NCBI GenBank assembly: GCA_041651115.1
Contig: JBAZJY010000001.1
Coordinates: 261,165-325,164, forward strand
DNA from: Candidatus Omnitrophota bacterium
GTDB taxonomy: Bacteria; Omnitrophota; Gorgyraeia; Gygaellales; Profunditerraquicolaceae
Direction: 5' to 3'
Length of the DNA: 64,000 bases
Shown: positions 29,021-42,800 of the stretch, one piece after another
How the letters are laid out: the number at the start of each line of letters is the position of its first letter
How positions within the stretch are numbered: position 1 is the first letter of the stretch
The notes under the pieces: model-generated
Seen by the model: only the letters and a program-made list of their open reading frames with translations
The model's database searches: none
Told to the model about the DNA's origin: nothing
Position numbers and translations under genes: made by a program

Positions 29021-29870
29021 AAAATTTTCCGCTGGCGTGCGCAGCGCGTTAAAAGAGGATATCGGGAGAAACGATATTACGACGTCTTTATTTATACCGG
29101 CTGATAAATCAATAAAGGCGGATCTGGTAGCTAAGGAAGTTTGCGTGGTCTGCGGCCTGGGGATTGCTTGCCTGGTATTAAAGGCAAAGGATAAGAATAT
29201 TAAATTTATGCCTAAGGTTAAAGACGGAGATTTTGTCAGGAAGGGAAAAGCCATTGCCCGCGTTCAGGGTAACGCGCGGCAGATATTAACCGCTGAAAGG
29301 GTTATGTTGAATTATATCTGTTTTCTTTCCGGCGTGGCGACGAAGGCACGGCAATACGTAAACGCGGCAAAGCCTTACAGAGTAAAAATCATTGATACCC
29401 GTAAGACCGTTCCCGGATTAAGGGAATTGGAAAAATACGCCGTTAGGGTAGGCGGAGGGTTTAACCACCGTATGCGCCTGGATGAGATGATCCTCATAAA
29501 GGATAACCATATTGAGGTGTTAGGTGATAGGTCGTGGGTGTTAGGATTTGATAAAATTCGAAAAAGAATCCCGAAAAATATTAAAATAGAAATTGAAGTA
29601 AAGAATCTAAGGGAATTTAAAAAGGCCTTAAAAATGACCCCTGATATTATTCTTTTAGATAATATGAGCATAAGTGATATGAAAAAAGCAGTTTCTATAA
29701 GAAATAACCTATCACCTGCCACCTATCACCTAATACCTAAACTTGAAGCCTCCGGAAGGGTAACTCTTGAGCGCGTAAAGAAAATTGCTTCCTGCGGCGT
29801 AGACATGATCTCCGTCGGCAGCTTGACCCATTCCGTAAGGTCTATTGATATGAGCCTGGAGGTTCTGTGA
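29007..29870 (+). CDS. nadC: Nicotinate-nucleotide (quinolinate) pyrophosphorylase.
   Basis: QPRTase motifs are present (…ILIKDNHI…IEVEV.NL…DIILLDNM…EASGRV). Confidence 0.85.
   Translation: MDCDKKFSAGVRSALKEDIGRNDITTSLFIPADKSIKADLVAKEVCVVCGLGIACLVLKAKDKNIKFMPKVKDGDFVRKGKAIARVQGNARQILTAERVMLNYICFLSGVATKARQYVNAAKPYRVKIIDTRKTVPGLRELEKYAVRVGGGFNHRMRLDEMILIKDNHIEVLGDRSWVLGFDKIRKRIPKNIKIEIEVKNLREFKKALKMTPDIILLDNMSISDMKKAVSIRNNLSPATYHLIPKLEASGRVTLERVKKIASCGVDMISVGSLTHSVRSIDMSLEVL
29517..29545. repeat. TAGGTGATAGG-family palindromic repeat arm, in-frame inside nadC.
   Basis: The arm reads gtgttaggtgataggtcgtgggtgttagg. It shares the 17-mer GTGTTAGGTGATAGGTC with the intergenic copy at 52935-53000. 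Confidence 0.6.
29707..29740. repeat. Inverted partner arm of the TAGGTGATAGG-family repeat inside nadC.
   Basis: The sequence acctatcacctgccacctatcacctaatacctaa is the reverse complement of the first arm's motif. Confidence 0.6.
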
Positions 29871-29901
29871 TATTAATTGTCGCTGAACAGGGGAGGGAAA
29901 A

Positions 29902-31143
29902 ATGAAAAAGATTTTTCTGGCGCTTAGCGTATGCGCGTTCACATTGCTATCTGGTAATGCCCCCATCGCGTGTTCGGAAACCGGTGATCCTTCAAGGATA
30001 GTTGTTTGCAGTGAAATATTTAATGCGCTGGGCAAAACTGCCGGCGCTTCTAAGGAAGCCGCGGCCATTTTAGCCGGGGCGTTGACGGATAAGGATTTTT
30101 TTATCCGCGCCTCCGCGGCCAAGTCTTTGGGGCTGTTAGGTGATAAAGATTCCGCGTTGATGCTTAAGAAATTGGCCGGAGACGAGAACTACCTTGTGAT
30201 GATCAATGCTACGGCCGCTTTGGTCCACCTTGGCTTATCCGGAGAAGATGCCTTGCTTGATCTGCTTAAAGACAACAGGTCCGAAGTAAGGGGAAACGTC
30301 TTGGGCGTGTTAACTACTTTTAAGGATCAACATCCGGATGTAATACTTGAAATGTTACGCGATGAAAAAAATGATTTTGTGCGCGAGCAGGCTTTGTTGA
30401 GGCTGGGAGAAAATAAATTTATCCAAGCGCAGGAAGTTGTTATTGCGGACACGGAAAACAAGGATCCCGGAGTACGGCAGGCAGCGTGTTTTGCCCTCGG
30501 GCAGATCGGCGGCCCTGAAGCCGGCAAGTTTTTACATAAACGGTTAAGCGATGATGATCCGAGGGTGCGTGCCAGGGCCAAAGAAGCCTTAAGTGTGATT
30601 GGAGACCGCTCAATAATCAGCCTGCTTTGGCAGGACGTAAAAGAAAGAAACGCGTTTTTACGCGGCAGTTCATATGTCGCATTAGCTAATTTAAAAGAAT
30701 TTGACGTTTTGCCGCTTGTCTTAAAGGAAATCATCAGCCCTGATAGCACCTCGCACGCAAGGGCTAAGGCCGCAGAAGCATTGGTGGTCTTGAGGCCGCA
30801 TGTTTCGGAGTTGTCCACCAAAGCGCTCTCCAGCTTGAATATCGGGTCTTTATCTTCGGATAATTTAGAAATTAGCTTTGACTATAAGATCGGCGGGCAA
30901 AGCTTGACAATGACGCTCATTGCCGCGATTAATGATGTTAAAAGCCCGCTGCATCAGGACGCGCCGCTGGTAATTACCATTATGGGGTTAATGGATTGCC
31001 TGCCTGCTTTGCATCAGGCTCTGTTAATGGGTGATCCGGATATGGCAGCATCAGCTGCCTCTGCTTTAGGCGAGATGAAAGATAGCAGCGCTACGGAATA
31101 TCTTATTCAAGCCTGCAAGAAATACGGATGTGGAAAAATTTAA
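29902..31143 (+). CDS. Secreted HEAT/PBS-lyase-like repeat protein.
   Basis: A signal peptide is present ([20 protein letters not shown]). Repeated …R..AA.ALG.LGD… HEAT-like units follow. Confidence 0.6.
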   Translation: MKKIFLALSVCAFTLLSGNAPIACSETGDPSRIVVCSEIFNALGKTAGASKEAAAILAGALTDKDFFIRASAAKSLGLLGDKDSALMLKKLAGDENYLVMINATAALVHLGLSGEDALLDLLKDNRSEVRGNVLGVLTTFKDQHPDVILEMLRDEKNDFVREQALLRLGENKFIQAQEVVIADTENKDPGVRQAACFALGQIGGPEAGKFLHKRLSDDDPRVRARAKEALSVIGDRSIISLLWQDVKERNAFLRGSSYVALANLKEFDVLPLVLKEIISPDSTSHARAKAAEALVVLRPHVSELSTKALSSLNIGSLSSDNLEISFDYKIGGQSLTMTLIAAINDVKSPLHQDAPLVITIMGLMDCLPALHQALLMGDPDMAASAASALGEMKDSSATEYLIQACKKYGCGKI

Positions 31144-33130
31144 ACTGGTTTCTGCATATAAACCTTGCGGCGACCAGCCGCAGGCAATTGAGCGGCTCGC
31201 CGCGTCAGTCCGTTCAGGCAACCGCTATCAGACCCTGCTTGGGGTAACCGGTTCAGGAAAAACCTTTACTCTTGCCAACGTCATTGAAAAAATAAACCTT
31301 CCTACCCTGGTAATTTCTCATAATAAGACGCTGGCTGCGCAGCTTTATTCCGAATTCAAAGAGTTCTTTCCGGCCAATGCCGTGGAATATTTTGTCAGTT
31401 ATTATGACTATTACCAGCCGGAAGCGTATATCCCTTCCACAGATACTTATATTGAAAAAGATTCCGCGATAAACGACCGGCTTGACCGGCTGCGGCTGTC
31501 TTCAACTTCCAGCCTGATGTCCCGCAACGACGTTTTGATCGTCGCGTCGGTATCCTGTATTTATAACCTCGGTTCGCCGGAAGACTATAAGGGGTTGCTG
31601 GTTTTTATCAGTAAAGGCGAGAATATCGGCCGCGACCAGCTGCTGGAAAAATTGATCCAGATCCAATATGAGCGTAATGATTATGAGTTCATCCGCGGGA
31701 AAGTGCGCGTGCGCGGCGATATCGTGGAGATATTCCCTTCTTATGAGGAAAAGGCTGTACGCGTGCAGTTATTCGGCGATACGGTAGAAAAGATCTCCGA
31801 GATCGACCCACTCACAGGGGAAGTGTTGGTTGAACTGGATAAGGCAGCAATATACCCGGCAAAGCACTTTATTGTTTCCGGAGATAAGATCAGCGGGGCC
31901 TTGGATGCCATTGAAGCGGAATTACAGGAACGCTTACGTTTTTTACGCGAACATAACAAGCTCTTGGAAGCGCAGCGGCTGGAATCCCGCACGCATTACG
32001 ATATGGAAATGCTTAAGGAAATGGGGTATTGCCACGGTATCGAAAATTACTCGCGCGTCCTTTCCGGAAGGCCTCCGGGTTCAAGGCCATATTGTCTGTT
32101 GGACTATTTTCCCGAAAAATTCTTAATCGTCATTGATGAATCGCATGTAACGCTGCCGCAGGTCAGGGGAATGTATGAAGGTGACCGTGCAAGGAAAGAG
32201 GTCTTGGTTGATTACGGCTTTCGTCTGCCGTCCTGCCTCGATAACCGGCCGCTTAAGCCGCAAGAATTCGATAGCATGGTCAAGCAGGCGATACTTGTTT
32301 CCGCTACTCCTGCGGATTATGAGATAAAAGTAAGTAAGGGCGAGGTTATAGAGCAGATCATCCGGCCTACGGGCTTGGTTGACCCGGAAATAATCATCCG
32401 GCCGGCAGAAGGCCAGATCGACGACCTAGTCAAAGAGATCAGGAAGCGCGCGGGGAAAAAAGAGCGCGTGCTTGTGACGACCCTGACCAAAAGAATGAGC
32501 GAGGACCTGACTACTTATTTACAGGAAAAGAATTTAAGTGTAAAATACCTTCATTCGGAGATTGATACGATTGAACGCTCAAGGATTATCCGGGGGTTGA
32601 GAAAAAAGGAATTTGATTGCCTTGTCGGGATCAATTTGCTAAGAGAAGGGCTTGACCTTCCGGAGGTTTCTTTGGTGGCGATCCTTGACGCGGACAAGGA
32701 AGGTTTTTTACGTTCGGCAACCAGCTTGATCCAGGTTTCCGGCAGGGCAGCGCGCAACATCAACGGAACGGTGATTATGTACGCCGATAATATTACCGGC
32801 TCAATGAAGCGCGCGATAGATGAGAGCAACCGCCGCAGGAAGATCCAGCTTGAGTTTAATAAAAAGAATAATATTACTCCGCGGTCCATTGAGAAAGCGA
32901 TAAAAGAAGGGATTGAAGACCTGGAAGAAGCGCAAGGCTTGGTCGTGGAATTGGCCGGTGAAAGTAAAGAGGAACATGAACTAAACGAATACATCTCGGA
33001 GCTTGAATATGAAATGGAGTTGGCAGCAAGGAACCTGCAGTTTGAAAAAGCGGCGGAAATCAGAGATAAAATAAAAGCGTTGGAACCGTCATTGCGAGCC
33101 CCGAAGGGGCGAAGCAATCAGGAAGGTTAA
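31130..33130 (+). CDS. uvrB: Excinuclease ABC subunit B.
   Basis: The N-terminus F.L.S.Y.P.GDQP.AI is typical of UvrB. Helicase motifs GVTGSGKT and DESH are present, with a C-terminal UVR domain. Confidence 0.95.
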   Translation: MEKFKLVSAYKPCGDQPQAIERLAASVRSGNRYQTLLGVTGSGKTFTLANVIEKINLPTLVISHNKTLAAQLYSEFKEFFPANAVEYFVSYYDYYQPEAYIPSTDTYIEKDSAINDRLDRLRLSSTSSLMSRNDVLIVASVSCIYNLGSPEDYKGLLVFISKGENIGRDQLLEKLIQIQYERNDYEFIRGKVRVRGDIVEIFPSYEEKAVRVQLFGDTVEKISEIDPLTGEVLVELDKAAIYPAKHFIVSGDKISGALDAIEAELQERLRFLREHNKLLEAQRLESRTHYDMEMLKEMGYCHGIENYSRVLSGRPPGSRPYCLLDYFPEKFLIVIDESHVTLPQVRGMYEGDRARKEVLVDYGFRLPSCLDNRPLKPQEFDSMVKQAILVSATPADYEIKVSKGEVIEQIIRPTGLVDPEIIIRPAEGQIDDLVKEIRKRAGKKERVLVTTLTKRMSEDLTTYLQEKNLSVKYLHSEIDTIERSRIIRGLRKKEFDCLVGINLLREGLDLPEVSLVAILDADKEGFLRSATSLIQVSGRAARNINGTVIMYADNITGSMKRAIDESNRRRKIQLEFNKKNNITPRSIEKAIKEGIEDLEEAQGLVVELAGESKEEHELNEYISELEYEMELAARNLQFEKAAEIRDKIKALEPSLRAPKGRSNQEG

Positions 33131-33131
33131 C

Positions 33132-34496
33132 ATGCTATTAGCCGTAGATATAGGTAATACTAATATCAGTTTTGGTTTATTTAAAGGCAACCGGCTGGTA
33201 AGAAAGTTTGACATACCCAGTGTCGGTTTTAGCCTGGGAAAATTAAGGCTGCGTCTTGGTAAAAAAGCGGATATTTCCGCTGCGATCATTTGCAGCGTTG
33301 TGCCGAGGTTAACGCCAGCCGTAAGTGCCGGTATAAACAAGCTCCTGCGGATAACCCCTATTATAATAGGTAAGGATATAAAAGTTCCCCTAAAAAATCT
33401 TTATCGTAATCCCAGGCAGGTCGGGCAGGACCGTTTAGTTAATGCTTATGCCGGTGTAATGTTCTATGGCAGCCCGTTGATCGCTGTTGATTCAGGTACG
33501 GCAATTACCTTTGACGTAATCTCCCGTAAAAAAGAATATCTCGGCGGGATGATCTTGCCGGGGTTGAATATGTCTTTAGATGCGTTACACTGTAAAACCG
33601 CGCTCCTGCCGCAAATGAAATTACGGCCTCCGAAAGAGTTTATTGGCCGCGATACGCAAGGCAGTATTTTAAGCGGGATTATTCACGGCATTGCAGGGCT
33701 TGCTGATGAAATGGTAAGAAAAATAAGGCTCGTAGTAGGGGAAGATGCCGTAGTGATCGGTACTGGAGGCAATATCAAGTTGATTGCAAAATACTCCCGG
33801 TCGTTTGATGCGGTAGATTCTGATCTAACGCTCAAGGGATTAAACCTGATCTTTAGGGACGGTTCTCAACTCAAAGCTAAAGTGTCCCCTAAAAAGGGAC
33901 ACTTTTCCTTTGGATTCAGAACCGTCCCTAAGTTTATCTTGATTGCCATTTTTAGCCTTCTGTCTTACAGCGTATGCTTTTCCCAGCCATTCGAAGAAAA
34001 GCCTTTATCTGAATCCGTGAAAAAGGGCTTTGAGGAGGCGATCCAGAAATTAGACGCGGAAAAACAAAAAGAGCATAAGAAAATCGCCGCAGAGCTTCAG
34101 GCGAAGCTGGACACAGCAGTGCAGGATTGGGTAAATCAACAGAAAAGTAAGCGTAACCGGGAACTTAACACCATAATTGAGCAGCAATGGGAGAACCTTA
34201 CGGAATTCGGCCCGCGCATACACCGCAGCTATTATTTGCGCGACTATTCGTACACGATCATAAACGTGGATATTGTCAAGACCGAGTCAATGATCGGCGC
34301 TTATAAGGCGGTGATGAACGTAACGGAAAAACTTTTTGCCGAACGTTATCATTCACCGGACGTGACTTATCCGCAGGATTTTTACTATACGGTTACGACA
34401 CCGGTCCGCGTAAACTTTGAATATTATCACGATAAGTTTGTGGTTACGACAACCGAATACGGAAAAGGCTCAATTGACCCGGGATGGAGAAGATAG
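33132..34496 (+). CDS. coaX: Type III pantothenate kinase fused to a roughly 200-aa C-terminal extension that starts with a signal-peptide-like helix.
   Basis: The CoaX N-terminus MLLAVDIGNTNISFGLF covers about the first 240 aa. The 75-nt palindromic element then lies in frame, followed by KFILIAIFSLLSYSVCFSQ and an unknown domain. Confidence 0.7.
   Translation: MLLAVDIGNTNISFGLFKGNRLVRKFDIPSVGFSLGKLRLRLGKKADISAAIICSVVPRLTPAVSAGINKLLRITPIIIGKDIKVPLKNLYRNPRQVGQDRLVNAYAGVMFYGSPLIAVDSGTAITFDVISRKKEYLGGMILPGLNMSLDALHCKTALLPQMKLRPPKEFIGRDTQGSILSGIIHGIAGLADEMVRKIRLVVGEDAVVIGTGGNIKLIAKYSRSFDAVDSDLTLKGLNLIFRDGSQLKAKVSPKKGHFSFGFRTVPKFILIAIFSLLSYSVCFSQPFEEKPLSESVKKGFEEAIQKLDAEKQKEHKKIAAELQAKLDTAVQDWVNQQKSKRNRELNTIIEQQWENLTEFGPRIHRSYYLRDYSYTIINVDIVKTESMIGAYKAVMNVTEKLFAERYHSPDVTYPQDFYYTVTTPVRVNFEYYHDKFVVTTTEYGKGSIDPGWRR
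33855..33929. repeat. 75-nt nested-hairpin palindromic element (copy 1), in-frame inside the coaX ORF.
   Basis: Outer arms agggacggttct / cagaaccgtccct flank an inner hairpin gtgtccc-ctaaaaa-gggacac. The architecture and length match the copy at 36566-36640. Confidence 0.7.
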
Positions 34497-34510
34497 TTTA
34501 AAAAAAATAC

Positions 34511-34538
34511 TTGACAAGCTTTTTTTTTGCCATATAAT
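34511..34538 (+). promoter_or_regulatory. Sigma70-type promoter for groES-groEL.
   Basis: The -35 TTGACA at 34511-16 and the -10 TATAAT at 34533-38 are separated by a 16-nt spacer. Confidence 0.5.
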
Positions 34539-34564
34539 TAGCACTCTGTAAAATAGAGTGCTAA
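34538..34564 (+). promoter_or_regulatory. CIRCE operator (HrcA binding site).
   Basis: TTAGCACTC-tgtaaaata-GAGTGCTAA is a perfect match to the CIRCE consensus TTAGCACTC-N9-GAGTGCTAA. Confidence 0.9.
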
Positions 34565-34606
34565 AAAGCACTGTTGTTAAACAAATATTTTTAGAGGAGG
34601 TGGAGT

Positions 34607-36558
<1,952 letters not shown>

Positions 36559-36565
36559 ATAGAAT

Positions 36566-36640
36566 AGGGACGGTTCTGCGGACAAAGGGAAAAGTGTCCT
36601 GTTTTAGGGACACCTTTCGCTTTGGCCCAGAACCGTCCCT
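36566..36640. repeat. 75-nt nested-hairpin palindromic element (copy 2), intergenic after groEL.
   Basis: The element reads agggacggttctg…gtgtcctgttttagggacac…cagaaccgtccct. It may also act as a terminator. Confidence 0.7.
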
Positions 36641-36667
36641 AAGCATTAAAAAAACACCAAAAAATAT

Positions 36668-36695
36668 TTGACTAGGCGCGAAAATATGTTATACT
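36668..36695 (+). promoter_or_regulatory. Candidate promoter upstream of the giant-gene pair.
   Basis: TTGACT and TATACT are separated by 16 nt. The element lies about 190 nt upstream of the ATG at 36886. Confidence 0.3.
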
Positions 36696-36885
36696 TCTAT
36701 AAGTTTTGCGTTTCTCTGCTTTAATGCCTGCCACGGGCAAGACTGTTGAATTACTATTAGTACTGCAGTAATTCTCCTTTAAAAGCAAGCTCCTTAAGGA
36801 ACCTGTTGGGTCAATAGCCCAAATTTTTTTAGATTGTTAGTAATAACTTTTTAAAAGTCTTACCTTAGATAAGGAGAGTAACCCG

Positions 36886-39800
36886 ATGGCAATTAAATCC
36901 CCGTCCCTGCGCAAGCTCGTATCTCTACTTCTTACCTTCACCTTTCTCTTTACCCAAACCGGCTTTGCCCAGGTAGCAGCTGTTGAGCTTAACATCGGCT
37001 CGCACTTAGGAATCCTTGGCTCAAAGCTTTCTTCACCGGACAAGCTCCGCCTACCGCATTTAAGGTATTTCTCCTACGATAACCAAAATAACAATATCCA
37101 GCTTCTTTTAGATAAGGGAGACTTAAAGGACCTAAAAGACCAAGCCCTAGAGGATTCAGGAAAAGAGCTCCTAAAGTACTTCCTTATAGGCGTAACTCTT
37201 CCTGATGAGCACTTCTGGGTAAACCTTCGGCCTGATTCAGAAGAAAACATCATCCCTGAACTCTTAGCCAAGACTGATATCGGTAAAATCTTTCTTGAAG
37301 CAGATGTCCAGCTTAAAAAAGATACCGCAAGCCTAACCTCACCTAACAGCCCCCAGGGAAAGCTTTACTGGGACAAGCTCTATAAAAAAGCAGCCCAAAT
37401 CTACGGCACCCAGAATGTCACTATCCCCACCTTAACCCGTCCTTGGATTGTGCCAAATGAGATCATTATTCGCGAGTCAAAGGAAAGCGCTTACATCTAC
37501 AAGGCTACATTAAAGGTAATGTTAGAGCAGGACCACCTTAAAGGCTCGGTTAACTATAACTTTGAAGACTCCCGCGCCAAAGAACTCAATGAATATTCAT
37601 CAGAGCTTATTAGAGAACTCATCCTTCCTGAATTAACCAAGGAAGTAAACAATGCCAAACGCTATTCCCAGCTAAGACAGGTCTACTACTCTTTAATACT
37701 CGCACGCTGGTTTAAGGCCAGGTTCTACGGTAAAGGAGGCCTTTATGCTTCCTACATTAATAAAGCTAACCTAGAAGGCTTAACTTCTAACCAAAGCTGG
37801 TCAAAAGACACTTATTTTAAAGCTTACCAGTCTTCCTTTAAAGACGGCGAATATAATCTCCAGGCTACAGTAAACACCATCTCCGGCCCATCAATTAGAA
37901 GCTACTTCTCAGGCGGCATGGAATTCGGCCCTAATATGAACATTGTTACTCAAAACAGAAGCTCTGTCCCCATGATTGCCGGCTTCCAGGGTAAACTCTC
38001 AAGCCCCATGCTGATAAACGTAGGCATGAATAATGGCATGTCTTTACTTGTTGGCGCACCTACCATCAAGAATCCGATAATGCTGATGCAGGGAGTGGGG
38101 TCAAGCCCGGTTGATGAGGAGCCTAAGATTCCGAATATTAATCCTGAAGATGGGCGTATACCGGATCCTGAACCGACAGAAAACGAAAACCCTGGCGATG
38201 AGCCGGAAATTAATTATAACGATCATTCCTATGATGATCAGGAGGCGCCGGAGAAAGATGAAGAAGTTGGCTCCAGCCCGCTGACTACAGAAGAAATAAA
38301 GAACAATGCCAAGGCTGCTTTGGAGAAGTTAGTTAAGGATAATAAAGATTCGCAATTAATAAGAGAAGTTTCCGGCATTGTATTGAATGATAGGGCTAGA
38401 AACATAACTAGCCGTATATTTAAGAAGATTTCTCCCAATACGGCAAGCTCCTACGACAAAAAAATGAAAATCCTGCATCTACTCGAAACAGTTAGGCGTA
38501 GTCCAGTCCATAGTGATCTTAAAGCAGGCTGCGCGGAGGCCGCGTATTATATTAAGGAAAGAGATGATCTTGAATTTCTTAAGTGGAGAGGAAACACGGA
38601 AGTTTTTGGACCAGAACACAGGATAATCGCCAAGATGGCGGTTTTGTTTAAGACAAGAAAAGACGATGAAAGAAGTAAAATAGCACAAGAGATTATTGAT
38701 TTAGATAATAGTACGCACTATGAATCTTATCAGGTTGATTCCATGGCAAAATTTAAGACTTTATTCTATTCTGTCCAATATCTCTTTTCCGAAGACTTTG
38801 CCGCCGCCTCCAGTCCATTCAAAGTCGAACCTGTCAGTTCGTTAAAGGTATATTCTGATATTAACCAGCGCATTTGGCTTGACGGCCTGACTTTTGAGAT
38901 GCTGCTTTCAGGCGAGTTTGAAAAACTGGTGCGTGAGCATGGCATAAACGGCGTTACTACCAATCCCTCGCTCATTAAGGCTTATTTTAGCGACCAGCGG
39001 GTGATCGATAAGGCAAGGAAATTAGCTTCCGAAGGATTGGGCAAAAAAGAAATCTATTACCAGCTTGTCAGTGAACTGGCTAGAACTGCGCTGGAGATAT
39101 TCAAGAAAGCCGGTGTAGCCAATGCCAAATTCAGTGTTGAGTTGGATCCTACTGTCAATAATAGCAGCGTAGAAGAAGCTGTTGTGGAAGCAATGCAGTG
39201 GACTGACATTGATCCTGCGCACATGATGGTCAAGGTTGCCCTGACTTCCGACGCAAACGGCGTTGATACGGAAACCGGATATAAAATAATCGAAGAGGTA
39301 ATATCCCGCGGCCGCAATGTTAATGTAACGCTGATTTTCACTCCTGAACACTACAAAAAAGTCGTTCAGGCGTATATCAACGGCCTTAAGCGCGCGCTTC
39401 TTAATGTAAAGGCAGGCAAATTAAGCAAGGAAGAATTTAACCGGATTTATTCCGTTGCCAGCTTTTTTATCTCCCGTTGGGATGTTTATTTTGAGGAAAA
39501 TAAGCTTCTTGCTGATGGTGTGCATGGTAAAGCTGCTAATTCCATTGCGATCGAAGCCTATAATGAGATATTTAAATTCTTTTTCAGCGATGAAAATCCT
39601 GAATGGAAGCAGTTAAAAGATGATGCCGCGTCCATCGGCTGTGAAGTCAGGCCCCAGGAGTTCCTGCTTGCTTCCACCGGTTCTAAAGGCCCTGATATGC
39701 TTAAAAAAGGCGTCATTGATGAAAAAACCGCAGCCGAATATCCTGCCGGGATTTATGTGCATCCTTTGCAGGGCAGTTACGTCGTAAATACCCTTCCTTA

Positions 39801-42800
39801 TGGGACCATAAAACATCTGATTGAAAAGGGCGTGGCTAAGAATGAAGACGGCAGCATTGCGCAAACTATCGAATCCGGATATATCGCAAGTCAGGATGTG
39901 ATGGATTGGCTCAGAGACGCTTCCAGCATAACCGATGTAGGCGCCATACTGCTTAAGAACGCCACAACCGCCTTCCTGAAAGACTTTGCCGATATTCAGA
40001 ATACGCTTGAAGGGCTTGTCTCTGGAAAAACTTCCTCCCCGGTAAATGAACTACAGCGCGCAGACGTTAACCGGATGGTTGATGATTTATTGGGGATGTA
40101 TAAAGCAAAAGACGAGGTAGTAAGGATAGAGAAGCTGGAAGGGATTATCCGGCCTGCGGCCAAAGCCATAGAGGAATATCTTTATGGGCAGTTCGCCGAC
40201 CAGAAAATCGCCGCAAACATCTATGAGAAAGGTATGAAAAATATCATACCGAATCTTGCAAAATGGTATACCGATCCGTATATACAGGAATCTACGGTTT
40301 TAGGCATAGAAGATGCAGTAAAAGAAGGTTATTGGAAATTCATTGCCCAGGCTTATATGGCAAAAATAGCTTATGGCACTGCCGGCGTGCGCGGTAAATT
40401 TGCGTTCGGTAAATATTTCCAGCTGGTAGCTGAAGCAGCTAAGCAAGGAAAAGGCTTAAGGGTGCCTAATCTAAAAGGGCCGAATACCTTTAATGATGAA
40501 ATAGTCCGGCAGTTTACATTAGGAGTTTTAAAATTCCTGGAGAATCAGAATTCCGACCTGCCGAAATCAGGCCTGAAATTATTCACCGCTTATGACAGTA
40601 GAGTTGCAGGAAAAGAATTTGCCCAGATAATCAGGGATATTGGCCTGGCTTATGGGGTACAGGTTTATATTTCCGATGAAGCAATGCCTCTTCCGGAATT
40701 TTCCAACTCTTTAAAAGAGCTATCCGGAGGTAAGGCTGCGATCGGTATTTATATTTCCGCCAGCCACAATGTCAAGCCGGATAACGGCGTGAAATTGATC
40801 GGTGCAGACGGTATGCAATTAGGCGCTAATGACGTCCTGCGCAAGGCGGTAATGAAGGAATTTGACAGCGCAACGCTTAAAGAAGTAGCCGAGTTGCTTA
40901 AAAATTTACCTTCTGAAATACCGGCCGAACAGTTAACATTCATAGGCGGCAAAGAAGAAGAGAAGCTGCCGGGAGTTGAGTATGGAGATCATAAACTTAT
41001 TGATACCCATACCATGCATTTTAATGCCGTGCTTAAGCATGTTAAGGACCAGGAAGCAGTTAAGAAGTATGCTAAAGATATAAATATCCTTTATTGCGCT
41101 TTTCACGGCGCAGGCAGAAGGGCTGCTCCTCGCGTATTGGGCGCGTTGGGATTCAATGTGGAAAAAATAGAGAAGATGGATGCCCTGGACGGCACATTGC
41201 CTGAATTTGCAGATGCCGAGCCGCCGGATCCGGCGCTGGTTGCTTCTTGGAAAAAGGCGCTGCAGGCATATTTAAGTGAACACCGCAGGGAAGACCTGCT
41301 TAAGAAAGACCTTTTTAGCTCCAATGATCCTGACGCAGACAGGTATGGTGGAGTGATCAGGGTAAGTGCTGCAGAGATCCCTGAAGATGAGGCAGTTGCC
41401 GAAGCCATGGGCATAGCTTTCAAGCTTACCGAAGAGGAACAGGCAAAATATGGTTACGGTGGTTTTCGCGTGCTTCCGCCTAATGAATGGAATGCGCTGA
41501 TCGCTTTTTATGACCTGAAACGGTTAAAAGATCAGGGCAAACTTGACCCCAATAAGCATGTTTTAGTTTTTTCACATGTAACTTCGTACTTGATGAAAAA
41601 GATAGCTGATTATTTTGGTATAGCAGTAGTTATTAAGCCGGTAGGCGTGGATCAACTGGCTGATGAGATCGTAAAGCTGGAGAAGCAAGGCAAGATAGCT
41701 GTGAATGGAGCGGAAGAGAGCGGCACATATATGACCAGCGACCACATCCGCGACAAAGACGGCTTCCTGGCAGGCGTGCGCCTGGCAGAGATAGCCTGCG
41801 CTGCCCGCGCACAGGGCAAAACAATCAATGATCTCTTAAACGAGATATATCTTATCCCAGAGATCGGATTTTTCGCGACTACTAACTTCCCCATAGAATA
41901 CGAAGTCTCTGTTCCGGGGACTGCCGCGAAAATGGCTGCGGTAAAATTCCTGCAGAAAGACGTGAAGCCTTTGGTAGAAGAAAGAATACGCAAAGGAGAC
42001 AACCCGGTAATCGCAGGGTATAAGATACATGATGTAGACGAACAGACAGAATTCAGGTCTGGTAAATACGACGAGCCGCTTGAGTATCAGGGATATCCGG
42101 ATGCGGGTATCAGGTTCTACTTTAATCCGGAAAAAACAGGTTTTATCACTGACCGGCCGTCAGGAACCGGCCCTCAGCTGCGTTTCTACGCGCACCTGTT
42201 TTATCTTACGGAAGGGCTTGACCTGGCCGGGCTTAACACTTTGAAGAAAAACGCCTATGCCGAATGCCTAAAGGTGACGAAAGAATGGATGCGAATTACC
42301 CAGAGCAACGACATTAAGGCGCTTGTCAGTTCTCCGGTTGTCAATTCCAGGCAAATAGCAAAGGTACTTTCTGAAATGAAGAAGAATTCCGGATTGCCGA
42401 TATCAATCGCGCCGTCATTAACCGCTACTACCTGGAGTGGAGCTTTGCACGCGATTAATTTTTCCCGGCCTGTTTTTCGCAGGGTAGAACGGGAATCGCT
42501 GAATGAAGAAAGATTTACCGGAAAAACGGCTTTTACAAGCGCCGCGAGCGATACTGATGTAAAAGGCCTGACTACTTATGACGTCATAGCCGGTGAATTC
42601 AAGAGCGTGCGTACAGGTGAACAGGTGAGGGGCTTTATCACTGACCAAACTGCAGCGCTGCCCGAATATACCTATTTTATGCACCGCGGTATATTTGCTT
42701 CCCGTGAAGATATACAAAAAGCTTTTTATGACAACAAGATCCGTTTTGACATCACCGTTATTCCTCCGGGGATCTGGGGCATAGATTATGCTAAAACAGT

